DNA from: Diplonema japonicum
Taxonomy: Eukaryota > Protista > Euglenozoa: Diplonemea
Direction of reading: 5' to 3'
Length of the DNA stretch: 64,000 bases
Assembly (NCBI GenBank): GCA_964019335.1
Contig: OZ025668.1
Coordinates: forward strand, 372,001-436,000
Part shown: positions 46,083 through 57,812 of the stretch, in pieces
Layout: each line of letters begins with the position of its first letter
How positions within the stretch are numbered: the first letter of the stretch is position 1
Translations under genes and position numbers: made by a program
The notes under the pieces: model-generated
Told to the model about the DNA's origin: nothing
The model's input: the letters and a program-made list of their open reading frames with translations, nothing else
Databases searched by the model: none

Positions 46083-47000
46083 GAAAAGCTTGGCATGGCC
46101 AAGGGAGTTTTTTTTTTTTTTTTCTTTTTTTTTTTCCTCCATTGGGTCACTTTCTCTGGGGATGCTCCCCAGCCCCACCTGGCGCCGGCGTTTAGGCTGC
46201 CGACCGGAGGTGAAAAAAAAAAAAAAAGGAATTAATACAGACAAATCTTCTGAATGCTTGTCATATATTTTTTTTTTTTTTTTGCTTTTTTTTTTTTTTT
46301 TTTTTGCTTTGTTTTTTACAGTATTTTTCTTTTCTTCTCCCATGGACGGGTAAGGAAAAAAAGGAAAAAAAGTGGGGGGGGATATTTGTAGTTGTGATCA
46401 ATACAACTCGGTTCCACAAAATGCCAATTCCTTTTTTTTTTTTAAATTATTTGCCCAACCAGCCTTTTGTACCTCGTAACGCAGAAAACCCACCCGTTCT
46501 ATTTGATAATTAGAACAAAACAACAGCTTACAGCAGTTTTTTTTTAAGGCGTATTCTGCACACTGGGGGGGGGGGGGGGGGGGGGGAGGAAGGGGACCAA
46601 ATCAGAACCGTAGTGAAAAATGAAACAATGGGGGAAAGAGAAAGGAAAAAAAAAGAGGGGGGGATGGGGAAAATGAGGGATAGGGAAAGAAGACAAGAGA
46701 TGAAAGAGAGAAACTGCGATGTCTCTCTTGCGTTTTTCGTTTCCTTTTTTTTTCTTTCGCTTTTTTTTTTCTTCTCCCATCAGCTCACTTGAGTAGACTG
46801 GACATGGAATAAAAGTAGGAATGAAAAGAATTTTACACGGATATATTGCCTCTACATGAACCAACTCGATTTGTTTTTTTTCTCTCTTTTTTTTCTTTTC
46901 TTTTCTTTTTTTTATTCCAAAGACGGTAATGAAGAAAAAAAAAAACAACAAAAAAATCATATAGTTAACCGAAATGGTGCTACGAGAAAACTATTTGCAC

Positions 47001-47053
<53 letters not shown>

Positions 47054-47133
47054 GAAAGGGAGTAGGGTAGGGCATGCGAAAAAAATAAAAATAAAAAAGC
47101 AACGGAAGAAAAAGAAGGGGGGGGGGATTCATT

Positions 47134-47173
47134 CTTTGAAGGGAACCCGCAGTATGTGACAAGGTCGCTGTAA
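47134..47173. repeat. dispersed palindromic short element, copy 3 (diverged)
   Basis: CTTTGAAGGGAACCCGC-AGTATGTG-ACAAGGTCGCTGTAA. Confidence 0.7.
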
Positions 47174-47744
47174 TAAAAAAAAAAGGGGGGTTTCGAACCG
47201 TGAATTGTCTCTTAGAATACCTTGTTGGTGTTCGCCTTTCAAGAACCTGAATGAAATGGTTCAAACCATTTTAAACAGGAGTGGGCACCCACATCAAAAG
47301 CTGCCTCCTGGGGCGCACTTTTGAGTGTCTAACACTTCAAAGAATGTAAGGTGTCATTATGTGGGTCAAAATAAAAAGGGGGGGGGGGGGGAACCTGAGG
47401 GAAGGACAGAGAGCAACGGGTGGTGGGTGGGGGAGCAAAGGGAAGGGCGGCTCCTCCTTCCTCTGCCACAAGGTCTCTCCTTCTTTTTTTTTTCTTTCTC
47501 TTTTCGTTTTTTACTGTAAAACAATAAATTACCGGAAGTAAAAACTTCTAGTCCGTCGGAGCCTTCCGGTGATTTTTACTTTTGAATTAATTGTATTACA
47601 GTATTTCTTTTTTTTTTTTCTTCTTTTTCCCTTCCCCCATATCCTTTTAAAGACAGAGCTTTGCTGGCTTGTGTGACAACACCGAAGGGCAAAGAAAAAA
47701 AGAAAAAAAAAAAAGAAGAAAACAAAACTAAGGCTCTTGTTGAA

Positions 47745-47776
<32 letters not shown>

Positions 47777-49255
47777 CCTTTTTTGGGTGAAGCGTGGGAG
47801 AAGGTTTGCACAAATTTTCTTTTGTTGGTTTCCTCTTTTCTTTCTTCTTCTTTTTTTTTTTCAAATAAAAGTAAGTGTGACTTTTTGGTTTGCAACACTA
47901 ATTCGAGACAGCACAATTAGCACCCCTCAAGCTTATTATTATTATTCGTCATTTTCACTTTCTAAGAAATTGAAACGTGGCAGGGAAAAAAAAAAAAAAA
48001 AAAAAAAAGAAAAAAAAAATAGAAAACTAATATAGTAAAACTTGTAGTCTCGTATTCATTTCGCTCGAGATAAGATGGGGGGGGGGCTCGGCACAAAGAG
48101 TACAAGTCATATTAAAAATCTTAAGGAAACTGTGCCACATTGCATTCGAAAATAAAATAAAATAAAAAAAAAAAAACTCACCATGATGGGGGGAGGAAGA
48201 GAAGTGTCAACAAGAACAACGCTAAATGTTAAAACATCTTTTTTTCCCTCCTTGCGGGCTTCTTTTGAGGGGGGAAGGGGGGAAGGGGGGGATTCACTGG
48301 GTGGGAAAAAGAACGAGAGAAGAAAGAAAAAAAGCTTGAAAAAAAGAACCCCCAAAAAAAGAACCATTTATTCCCCCCACCCCCCGTGCGCTGTCTTTAG
48401 GAAAGGTTTACAACACATGTTTGTTGAGGGGGGCAAAAAAAAAAAAAAACCACAGGGCCCACTTCTGTCCAAAGGTGGGTAAAAGAACTTGCCCCCCGAG
48501 TTATTCAGGCTTCTCTTGGGAGGGAGGGAAGGAGGGGAGGCAGCTTTTTCTTCTTCATTTTTTTTTTTTTTTGTTCTTCTTCCTTCTGCATTTTCTTTTT
48601 TATAAAAAAACTAAATGCATTTTGCCTTATAATACAAACAAAAAGAGAAAAAATAGAAAGAAAAAAAATAGAAAGGAGGAGACGGGACGGGGGAGGATGG
48701 AATGCCTTGCACTGTAAGCCATTTCGCCCTCTTTGTGGTGTGCACTCAAGTTTCTTCTTAGTTGTCACCAGTGCCAGTTCTACCCCTGAGCACTTCCGGG
48801 GGGGTGTGCCACCTAGCAACCGGGTGGGGGGGGGGGGGGGGGGGAACCTAACCAAAGGAGAAAAAAGAGAGAGAGAGAGCTGACAATTGGAGAAGGCGGC
48901 TACTACAAAAAAAAGTGGGGGGGGGAAAGGACAATTATTGTCCACTGGAAGAAAACGTATACGTCACAACACAGGCAACAGAAAAAAAAAAGAAAAAAAA
49001 AATCCCCGAAAAAAAAAAAAGTAAAAAAAACAGAACACTGGCCTAATCTATAAGTTACATTAGTTTCTTTTTTCCTTCTTTCTTTCTTCAAGAAGCTTTG
49101 CTCTTTTTTTTTTTTTTTTTTTTTTTCTCGTCTGACTGGATTTTGTTTTTTTCTTTTTTTTTTTTTTTATAGTGGCCACATCTAATTACAGTGTCAAAAG
49201 CCCTGCCATCGACCTCCTAAATTGCTCTTTCCCCCGAAGGCTGTCTATTTGTGCA

Positions 49256-49289
<34 letters not shown>

Positions 49290-49296
49290 AATGAAA

Positions 49297-49381
49297 AGGT
49301 GCCGGGCTGACAAAATGTGGGAGGAATTTCGTCTGACCCGTCCTGTGTTCTTCTCGAGGCCGCTGAAGGCCACTGGAGGAG

Positions 49382-49417
<36 letters not shown>

Positions 49418-49479
49418 TTGGGTGTCCGGACAATGTCGGGATGATTTTCCTTCCGAACATTTTTGTCAGCCCGATATCT
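49297..49479. repeat. foldback / MITE-like inverted repeat
   Basis: ~45-bp imperfect arms (CGGGCTGACAAAATGT...GAGGAA...GAC and GTC...TTCCTTCC..ACATTTTTGTCAGCCCG) around a core containing a poly(T) run. Confidence 0.65.
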
Positions 49480-50161
49480 TTTTTTTTTCACTTTTTACAG
49501 TATTCTTTGAAAATCTTTTTTTTCGGTAGACGCAAATTGACGAAAATCGTATTTTTTTTTTTTTTCCCCTTTTTTTTTTTTGAGCCCTATCACCCATCTA
49601 CCAAAATACCCCCCCAAAAAAATCCATGTATAAAAAGCCTTACTACAGCTCACATTTCTCCCCCCCCCCCCCTTTTTATCTTTTTTCTTCTTTCCGCTTT
49701 CAAGGTAAATGTAGGGTTACATTGGGGGATTTCTTTCTCTCTCCTTTAGATTTTCTTTTGTTCTTCGCTCCTCTTTTCCCCCCCCAAAGTTAAGGGGTAT
49801 TTCTCTAGGCCTTTTGCGAAGCAATGTAAACGAAGGGAGGGAAGGGGGGGGGGATCCTCTTTAAAAAAAAAAAAAAAAAAAAACCCGGTGTACAGGTTAC
49901 AGTGCAATGCTCTTGAGAAAACAACAAAACGGGGTAACCTTTTTTTTTTAAGTTGGCCTTGACACATTTGCCCGTAATTTTTTTACCCCCCTTTCCCGCC
50001 CCTTTTTATATCCTGACCCAAAGATAGATGTTAAACTGAAACGGTGGGCATCGCAAATTCATAAATCATATTTTCTCCCCCCCCCCAAACGTGTCAAAAA
50101 AAGTAAACTTAAAGTTACCTGTTGTTTTCTATTTGTATTTTTTTTTCTTCTAAAAATTAAA

Positions 50162-50198
50162 ACATTTAAGGATACCTGCGGTATGTGGCAGGACGCCT
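50162..50198. repeat. dispersed palindromic short element, copy 4
   Basis: ACATTTAAGGATACCTGC-GGTATGTG-GCAGGACGCCT, almost identical to copy 1. Confidence 0.85.
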
Positions 50199-50347
50199 GG
50201 AGAAAAAAAAAATAAATCGCAAATCACCACCAGAAATCACTTTCGCTTGCCAATACCACCAGAAAAAAAAGGGGGGGGTCGCGCTGGTGTTAGGACAATA
50301 AAAGATGTTCAGATGGAATGATTTACGCCTCATATCTCTAAAACCTG

Positions 50348-50389
<42 letters not shown>

Positions 50390-51148
50390 AAGGCCACCCC
50401 TTTTGTGTTTGGGGAGCAGAAAATTGCTATTTTTTAAAACAAATTTCTCAGCCAACCTGTTGGAAGAGATATGGGCGTCTGAAGGGGGGGAAAAAGAAAA
50501 AAGAAAAAAAAAAGAATAATGGGGGTACGGTTAGAGGAAGGGGATAAAAAAAAGAAGAAAAAGAAACACTTTGGAGAAACTGACAGTTTCCCCCCCCTTT
50601 TTTTTGTTGCGTTGCGTGTAAGTTAGAAAACCCTGGAAGGGGTGTATAACCCAGAATACGCATTGTTGCTGCTGTCGGACCCCCTTTGAAAAATAGGGAA
50701 AGAAAAAAGGAAAAAGAAATAAAAAACAAGGGAATATGTTGAAAATTTAAGGGTGCGAGGAAAAAGAAAATCAAGTCCCTCCCACCCCGTTCCCCTTTCC
50801 TTCAAAAAAGAAACAAGAAAAAAAAAAGGAAATTCTATTTGTAACAAGAAAAAAAAAAAAAAAAAAGGCGATGTTTAAGGGCAAATCCCATTGAGGACCA
50901 CCTTAGAAAAAAAAAGGAGAAAAAAGAAAAACCAAGGAAAACAAACAATCGTGCCCGCCCCTTCTACCTTTTTTCCCCCTTTTTTTTTTTTTTTTTTCCC
51001 CAAGGAGGAGAGAGAGAAAAAAAAGAAAAAAAAGGAAACGTAAATATATAAAGAGGATTTGGGATAGATAATCCTCATACACACTTACCACCTTTTTTTC
51101 CCCCCACCCATTCCCGATCTTTTTTTTTTTTTTTGTTCCATCCCATGT

Positions 51149-52156
51149 CTACTTGACCCTTTTTTCAACGAGATTCTGCAGCAAAAACTTCTGGCGGGTG
51201 CAGACCTTTTCTACGAGCTCAGACAATTTACAGTAAATTGACTCGACCCGCGATCTATGCACAGGTTTGCTGGAAATACTCGCAGAGACAAGCGGGATGA
51301 CGGTGAGGAGTAGATCCACATAAACACAATCGTTAGCAAGAGCATCTCCCTCATAGGACAAGGAAGTACAAGCAGCCTTGATAAGGCTGTCCACACAAGC
51401 TAGGATAGTCTGTGTGCCAACAACACCCTTCGTGTGGAGTGCGCAGATGAACGAAAGAATCTCCTTCTCCTTTTGTTTGTCAAGATGGCTGCTTTGTTCA
51501 CAAGACTCGATAACCTCCCTAAACCGGTTTTGACATTTTTGCAACAGGGTGCGTCGGAACGGTGATGTGACCATCAACTCCTTCTTGCTTACTGTATTCG
51601 GGAGAGCAAGCCGTTCACATAAATCATTGCACAGCCTTGCGTAAAGCTGCGCGAAGGACGGCATGATGACTGCCTGATCGTGAACAATGTCGACGAGCTC
51701 AGAAACCTCAAGAGACCCATCTTCAAGAATTTTCTTTACAGCGTTGAAGTTCTCAGCGTACTTAACCTCTGTGAACCTGTTTAGAATTCCGAGGAGTTGT
51801 GCTTTCACGTTCTTCGATTTGTATTGATGTTGGCCTTCGTTTGAACACTGGCTTGACGCCTCCTCGGAGCTCATTTTCTCGGACTCTTCCTGAACAATCT
51901 TTACGGGCTGTACTTGAGGAAGGGGGTACTGCGGGATCACCTGCGGAACAGGGGGGTACCCATAACCATATTGCGGTTGCCCGTAATATTCCATCGGGGG
52001 TGCGGTAGGATGTGGATGAGGAGGAGGGGGCATATGAGCGTACATATGCGGATACTGACAGGCTCCGGTGCACCCGCAAAGCTGTGTGCATGCGTGGTTT
52101 TGATCTTGCGCGTACAGGCACCCGCACCATGTTGGTTGAGGAGGTGGATAATACAT
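51149..52156 (-). CDS. MIF4G-domain protein (eIF4G middle-domain-like) with Pro/Tyr/Cys-rich N-terminus
   Basis: GILNRFT...Y, LVDIVHDQAV..PSF..LYARLC..L, FRRTLLQKCQNRF, FI..L....V. Confidence 0.85.
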   Translation of the reverse strand: MYYPPPQPTWCGCLYAQDQNHACTQLCGCTGACQYPHMYAHMPPPPHPHPTAPPMEYYGQPQYGYGYPPVPQVIPQYPLPQVQPVKIVQEESEKMSSEEASSQCSNEGQHQYKSKNVKAQLLGILNRFTEVKYAENFNAVKKILEDGSLEVSELVDIVHDQAVIMPSFAQLYARLCNDLCERLALPNTVSKKELMVTSPFRRTLLQKCQNRFREVIESCEQSSHLDKQKEKEILSFICALHTKGVVGTQTILACVDSLIKAACTSLSYEGDALANDCVYVDLLLTVIPLVSASISSKPVHRSRVESIYCKLSELVEKVCTRQKFLLQNLVEKRVK

Positions 52157-52187
52157 TTTTTTTTTTTTTTTTTTTTCCGGCGACGGT

Positions 52188-52218
<31 letters not shown>

Positions 52219-52280
52219 CGTTTTTTTTTTTTGTTTTTGTCGCCTTTTTTTTTTTTTTTTTTTTTTTTTTCCCATAGTAT

Positions 52281-52742
52281 CCAGGGTTAACCGATCACCT
52301 TCGGGTTTTAAAACCCGACCCGAGCAATTTTAGATTTTCGATCACTGTCGGGTTAATGATGGGTTTTTTTGTAATTTCGGATCGGTTTTTTTTTAATTTC
52401 GGATCGGTTTGATCGGTCCAAAACCCATATTTCTGACAAAAAAATACCAAGACTTGCTCAAAAATTTTTTTTTCAAAAACCCTATTTTGACGATCTGAGC
52501 CCATTCCAGCCATTAAAACCCAAAATAGAGCCTTATTTAAGGCTTTAATGCAGTTTTGAAAAAACTGGTTTTTCAGACAAACCCGGATCAGGGAGGTCCA
52601 AGTTAAAAACGACAAGATTTATGATCGGTTTGATCGGGTTTTTTTTTTAAATTTCGGATCGGTTTGATCGGTCCAAAACCCATATTTCTGGCAAAAAATA
52701 CCAAGACCGTGCTCAATTTTTTTTTTTTTTTTCAGAAACCCT
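52281..52742. mobile_element. possible DNA-transposon end with duplicated subterminal block
   Basis: Begins CAGGGTT; many GATCGG/CCGATC motifs; ~100-bp block AATTTCGGATCGGTTTGATCGGTCCAAAACCCATATTTCTG... duplicated at ~52395 and ~52649; CCATTCCAGCC.TTAAAA shared with ~2230. Confidence 0.4.
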
Positions 52743-52905
52743 AAAGGAAAGAAAATGGTAAAGGGAAAAAAAAAAAAAAAAAACAGCTTTTCAGCATTTT
52801 AACCCATTATTTTTTTTTTTTTTATCCAATAAAAAAAAAAAAGAAGAAGAAAAAAGAAGGAAAAAAAGAAGAAAGGGAGTAGGCATGTTTAATGTCACAA
52901 TGAAG

Positions 52906-52947
<42 letters not shown>

Positions 52948-53182
52948 CGCACATCATCAACACTGCCAACCTTCGTTCGTAAATAAGAAGGGAAAAAAAA
53001 AAAAAAAAAGAAACTACTGGGCGTGGAAGTCTTAAAGCACTTTTTTTTTTTTCACGGCGAGCACACCGAAATATATCAATTTTTCCCCCCCTTGAAAATA
53101 TAAGAGGGTAAAAGAGGAAATCCCTGATTTGGGAAGTCCACGAAAATATTGAAGGAAGCTTCAATAAGGCTTTCGTGCTTGT

Positions 53183-53290
53183 AGTGAAGTACTTTCAGAG
53201 TGTCATGAAATAAACCACTTACTGCCAAGGAATGGCTTTACCGATCCCAAGGTATCAGTATAACATTCTACTTGTTGGTAAATAACTATA
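53183..53290. mobile_element. terminal fragment of the Crypton-like hairpin family
   Basis: GTGAAGTA.TTTCAGAGTGTC.TGAAATAAACCACTTAC...TTACCGA...GGTA..AGTA...CTTGTTGG matches 23960-24072. Confidence 0.6.
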
Positions 53291-53953
53291 AATTCCTTTA
53301 CTTTTCTTCCCCCGCATTCCAGCGTGCGATAGATAAAAAAAAGGGCATCCCACAAATCACACATCGAATGCAAGAAAGGAAAAAAAAAAAGAAGAAGAAG
53401 AAAAAAAAACTATTAGGGGGAGTTGTTAACCCCATTGTTGTTACAAAAGAAGAAGGAAAGAAAAGGGAAACAACGTTGCGAGAGAAATAAAGTAAAAAAA
53501 AAAAAAAAAAAGAAGAAACTATTCAGCAAGGTCTGCGTTTTCGCGCTCACCGGCCGAGCTGAAAGAAAGGGGAAGCACATTCACAACGAAACAATGGAAT
53601 TCTTTTACACAACTCTGCTTCCTATGAAGAATCATTGATCCTATCGATAAAACTTCAGAGTTGTTGATATAGAACCACGACCACCGCCAAGGAACAACAG
53701 TAACCTGTTGGCAGTGAAATATAAAAGAATCTCGAGAGGCCTTTGTGAAGAAAACTCAACAAAAAAAACCCCCCTCCCCTGGCCTTCCAAAAAAGTTTAT
53801 TTTCTCTTTTTTAAAAGTTCCCCAGCAAAGGGATGCCTATCATCAGGGACGGGAGGGAAGACATACGTTTACAGGCCACCACGAAGGTCATGGAGTCACA
53901 GGTCCCATTGGGGTCCTGTGCACAAGGTCATTTCAAGCAAAAGCAACGAGGGC

Positions 53954-54847
53954 CTACTCTCCCAGTGAAGCCAGCCTGTCGTTCTGCAGTGTAACAAGCC
54001 TTTCATTAATTACCGCAAGCTGCCCATGGTACGGCTGAGTAGTCGACAGCATTGGTGATGTTACCCGCAAGAAGGGGATGAGGAGCTCAAGTGCAAGAGA
54101 CACACCTTCCTCAGACAGCTCCACAAGGCTGTGCATGCACTCCATCACAGGGTCCCCTTCCACAAGGCCCTTCAGGTACAGTTGTCCGATGAACCCCAGA
54201 ACGTTCCCCATCCTGTTCTTGTCCATCACCACACCGTACCCACCTGAGCTTGACGAGCACTCGCTTTTGCTGTCATCCTTGAACTGCACAGCCTGCATGA
54301 TGTTGCCAAGCCCCTCCTTGCACACGCATCGCAGGCCACGTTTGAAGTCCCCACCAAGGCCGTTCCCCCAGCCCCCGATCCCTTGGCACAGCCTCGCGCA
54401 TGCCTTCGCGAAGTCCTTGTCATCGCTGCAGTGCTTGAACACAACAGCCGCAAGCTCCAGCATGCGCATGCCGCTCTCTTGCACCACATGGCGGATGGCC
54501 TCAAGCTGTTCTTCGTGGCGCATCTCCCTCCTTGCCAGTATCTCCGTCAGTTTTGCGGAAGTTGGCATTCGTGTGTGTTCCCTCCTGCAAGAGCACTTCA
54601 CAGCACTGGGCTGTGCGATCTTCCCGCAGTCAAGACAGCGGCCTTTGAGGATGCGCGGGCGGTGCTGCGGCTCCATCTTGGGGACAGCGATGACACCACG
54701 CTTGTTGTTGAGGCAGGGGAGGGACGGGGTGGGGGCTGCACCCCATTGCGCGAGGTCATCGGAGCAGATAGGACGAGCCGGAGGGCCGGTAGGTATCCCA
54801 ACAACACACTCTTGCCCAAAAATAGGCTGCGCAAACATGGTGTACAT
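53954..54847 (-). CDS. divergent MIF4G-like protein with CxxC...CxC motif (paralog A)
   Basis: FAKACARLCQGI, FKRGLRCVCKE, MGNVLGFIGQLYLKGLV (compare eIF4G LGNIKFIGELF); start MYTMF. Confidence 0.75.
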   Translation of the reverse strand: MYTMFAQPIFGQECVVGIPTGPPARPICSDDLAQWGAAPTPSLPCLNNKRGVIAVPKMEPQHRPRILKGRCLDCGKIAQPSAVKCSCRREHTRMPTSAKLTEILARREMRHEEQLEAIRHVVQESGMRMLELAAVVFKHCSDDKDFAKACARLCQGIGGWGNGLGGDFKRGLRCVCKEGLGNIMQAVQFKDDSKSECSSSSGGYGVVMDKNRMGNVLGFIGQLYLKGLVEGDPVMECMHSLVELSEEGVSLALELLIPFLRVTSPMLSTTQPYHGQLAVINERLVTLQNDRLASLGE

Positions 54848-56020
54848 TGAACTGAAAGGGTGGGCTGCTTGTGGAGAGAATGAGAAACGAAAAAAAATAG
54901 TTATGAAAAAAAAAAAAAAGAGAAAAAGGGGGGGACTGGAATAACATAAATATCCAATAAGAGGGAAGTTGGCAAAGTATGCGATTCGGCAATTGCCAAA
55001 AAGAGAAGAAAAATGAAAGATTCTTAATAAGCCGAACTTCCTTTCATTGTGCACACATGGCTGTTGTCCACGTGTTTACAAAAAAAGGCACAGGAAGCTG
55101 GCCTGCTGTTAGCATTCTTTTTTTTTTTCTTTTGAAAACTTAAATGCTGCACTTCATTCATTATAATTCAGTCATTGGAAATATAAAAAAAAAAAAAAAA
55201 AAGCGGGAGAGAAAAAAAAAAGTTGGAGAGGGAGGGTGATGGGAAGTAAAAAAAAAAAAAAAAGAAATAAAACAGAGAGGGATTCATGTAAAAAGGAAAA
55301 AATAAAATAAAAAAAAATAACTAAAGAGCTAATTTCTTCATAAACGAAGAACAGTTTTTTTTTTTTTTTTATCTATAATCGAACTTCGTGGCGAAAGTCT
55401 CATGTAACTTCTTCGATGTCTCAATAAAAAAAACTTTTTTTTTCATCTGGTCCCCCCTTATTTTCAAAAAAGAAAGGCACTATTGCATATACCTGCAACA
55501 GGCAACGCAAAACTAGGGGAAAGGGGAGCTTTTGTTTTCTTTTTTCTTTCTAAAGAGACAACGACGAAATACATCTGCAGAGAAAGTTCACCAGCTTGGT
55601 GTTCGCTGTTGGGTTGAACATCAAAAGGAAACACCATTTTCATTTGTATCTTTTTTCTTCATTCTCTTTTTTTTTTCTTCTTTTTCTTTTGAAGCAACTA
55701 AACCTAGACCCTACATGTAAACTTGGTACAGGAACGCTCTTGTACACCGTGCTATTGCAAAGTGTATCTCTGGGTTAGTGAGCAGAACATGAAGGAAGGG
55801 GTGGAGTTAATGGAAATAGGGATGCTGTAGCCCTGGGCATCACTTTTGTGTGCTTCGGGTCAACTGCTTTAAAATAACGCAGGGAGAGAAAAGAGTGCCG
55901 AGGCACTCCAGAGATGGCAGGCTGTCTAAGACAAAGCTACCCATGAAAAGATAATGTAGGTTCGTAGGTCAGTTCTTCAGAACACGGAATGCTGCACTCT
56001 TCGTTGCCAGATGTCATTGC

Positions 56021-56956
56021 CTAGTACCCCACCATGTCGCTCTGAAGTACTTGCAGCCTCTTGTTGATTACCGCAAGCTGCCCATGGTACGGCTGAGTAG
56101 TCGACAGCATTGGTGATGTTACCCGCAAGAAGGGGATGAGGAGCTCAAGTGCAAGAGACACACCTTCCTCAGACAGCTCCACAAGGCTGTGCATGCACTC
56201 CATCACAGGGTCCCCTTCCACAAGGCCCTTCAGGTACAGTTGTCCGATGAACCCCAGAACGTTCCCCATCCTGTTCTTGTCCATCACCACGCCGTACCCA
56301 CCTGAGCTTGACGAGCACTCGCTTTTGCTGTCATCCTTGAACTGCACAGCCTGCATGATGTTGCCAAGCCCCTCCTTGCACACGCATCGCAGGCCACGTT
56401 TGAAGTCCCCACCAAGGCCGTTCCCCCAGCCCCCGATCCCTTGGCACAGCCTCGCGCATGCCTTCGCGAAGTCCTTGTCATCGCTGCAGTGCTTGAACAC
56501 AACAGCCGCAAGCTCCAGCATGCGCATGCCGCTCTCTTGCACCACATGGCGGATGGCCTCAAGCTGTTCTTCGTGGCGCATCTCCCTCCTTGCCAGTATC
56601 TCCGTTACCTTTGCAGGGGGGAGGGCACGGTGGGTGCTGTTCGCCTTCTTCTCTCCACCGCAGGAGCACTTCACAGCACTGGGCTGTGCGATCTTCCCGC
56701 AGTCAAGACAGCGGCCTTTGAGGATGCGCGGGCGGTGCTGCGGCTCCAACTTGGGGACAGCGATGACACCACGCTTGTTGTTGAGGCAGGGGAGGGACGG
56801 GGTGGGGGTTGCACCCCATTTTGCGAGGTCTTGGGTGTCGATGCAGGGCTGGTCAACAGGGGGTGGCGGGGTCGCAGTGGGGTACTCACAAGGGTACGGG
56901 TAGGGGTAGGGGCACGCGAAAGAGTTGCTGTAGAACGGCATTTGCATTCCGTACAT
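56021..56956 (-). CDS. divergent MIF4G-like protein (paralog B)
   Basis: Core nearly identical to paralogs A and C; distinct Pro/Tyr N-terminus. Confidence 0.78.
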   Translation of the reverse strand: MYGMQMPFYSNSFACPYPYPYPCEYPTATPPPPVDQPCIDTQDLAKWGATPTPSLPCLNNKRGVIAVPKLEPQHRPRILKGRCLDCGKIAQPSAVKCSCGGEKKANSTHRALPPAKVTEILARREMRHEEQLEAIRHVVQESGMRMLELAAVVFKHCSDDKDFAKACARLCQGIGGWGNGLGGDFKRGLRCVCKEGLGNIMQAVQFKDDSKSECSSSSGGYGVVMDKNRMGNVLGFIGQLYLKGLVEGDPVMECMHSLVELSEEGVSLALELLIPFLRVTSPMLSTTQPYHGQLAVINKRLQVLQSDMVGY

Positions 56957-57812
56957 ATTTAAGTAATGTGTTATGAAGTTTGGAAGAAGCTGTGATAGTG
57001 ATAAATAATGTCACCTACGAGGCCAGAGTATAATAATTCACTATGGGGGAGGTGTTACCCACGACCCACCAATAAAATACAGAACGAGAAGGATCAACGG
57101 TGAAGATGAAACTGGGAGGGAGAGATGGTGAAAGCACAGAGGACGGGCCCCCATACTCCTTTAGATACGGTAGAAATAGAAGGAAAAAAGTAAGAGGTCT
57201 TTTTTCTTTTCCTTCTCTTTTTCCTTCACTTCAGAATAATAATAAAAAATGATGAACACAATTTCTTTTTTTTTTTTTTTTTTCTTGTAGATTTGACAAT
57301 CGGACCAGAAACGGAATCAGAAAGAAGAAGCAAAGATAGATAGTTATATAAAAAAGAAGAAGAAAGCGATTCAGGCTTCTTCTTTCTTCTTCTCCCCTTT
57401 TATTATTGTATCCGTTCAAAACAAGCCTTAACTACAGAAGGCAACAAAGTATCTTGCTCTAGCACAGCGTCAAATTCAGGACAAAGGGTGCTTTGGGTTA
57501 GTGAGCTGGACACGGAATAGGGAGATTCTGGGATCAAAGGGAATAAGGGAGTGTTGCTGCCCTGGTATGCATGCCCCAGGTTACCAGCTTCATTTAAAAA
57601 AAAAAAAAAATCAAAAGCAATATATGATGAGTGTTAGTACAGCCCACCAAGGAGACGCAGAGAGGAAGAAAGGGCGCAGGAGCACCCCAGAGATGGCAGG
57701 CTGTCCTCTAGGAACAAAGCTACCCGTGGAAAAAAAGAAAAAAGAAGAAAGAAAAAAAGAAGAAAAAGAATAAGATAGAGGTCCGTTGTACTACTAATAT
57801 TAATGGAATTGC

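Noticed and set aside
46000-51100. Many poly-Phe/poly-Lys ORFs here and in 7500-11100
   Set aside because: Translations of A/T homopolymer tracts, not coding.
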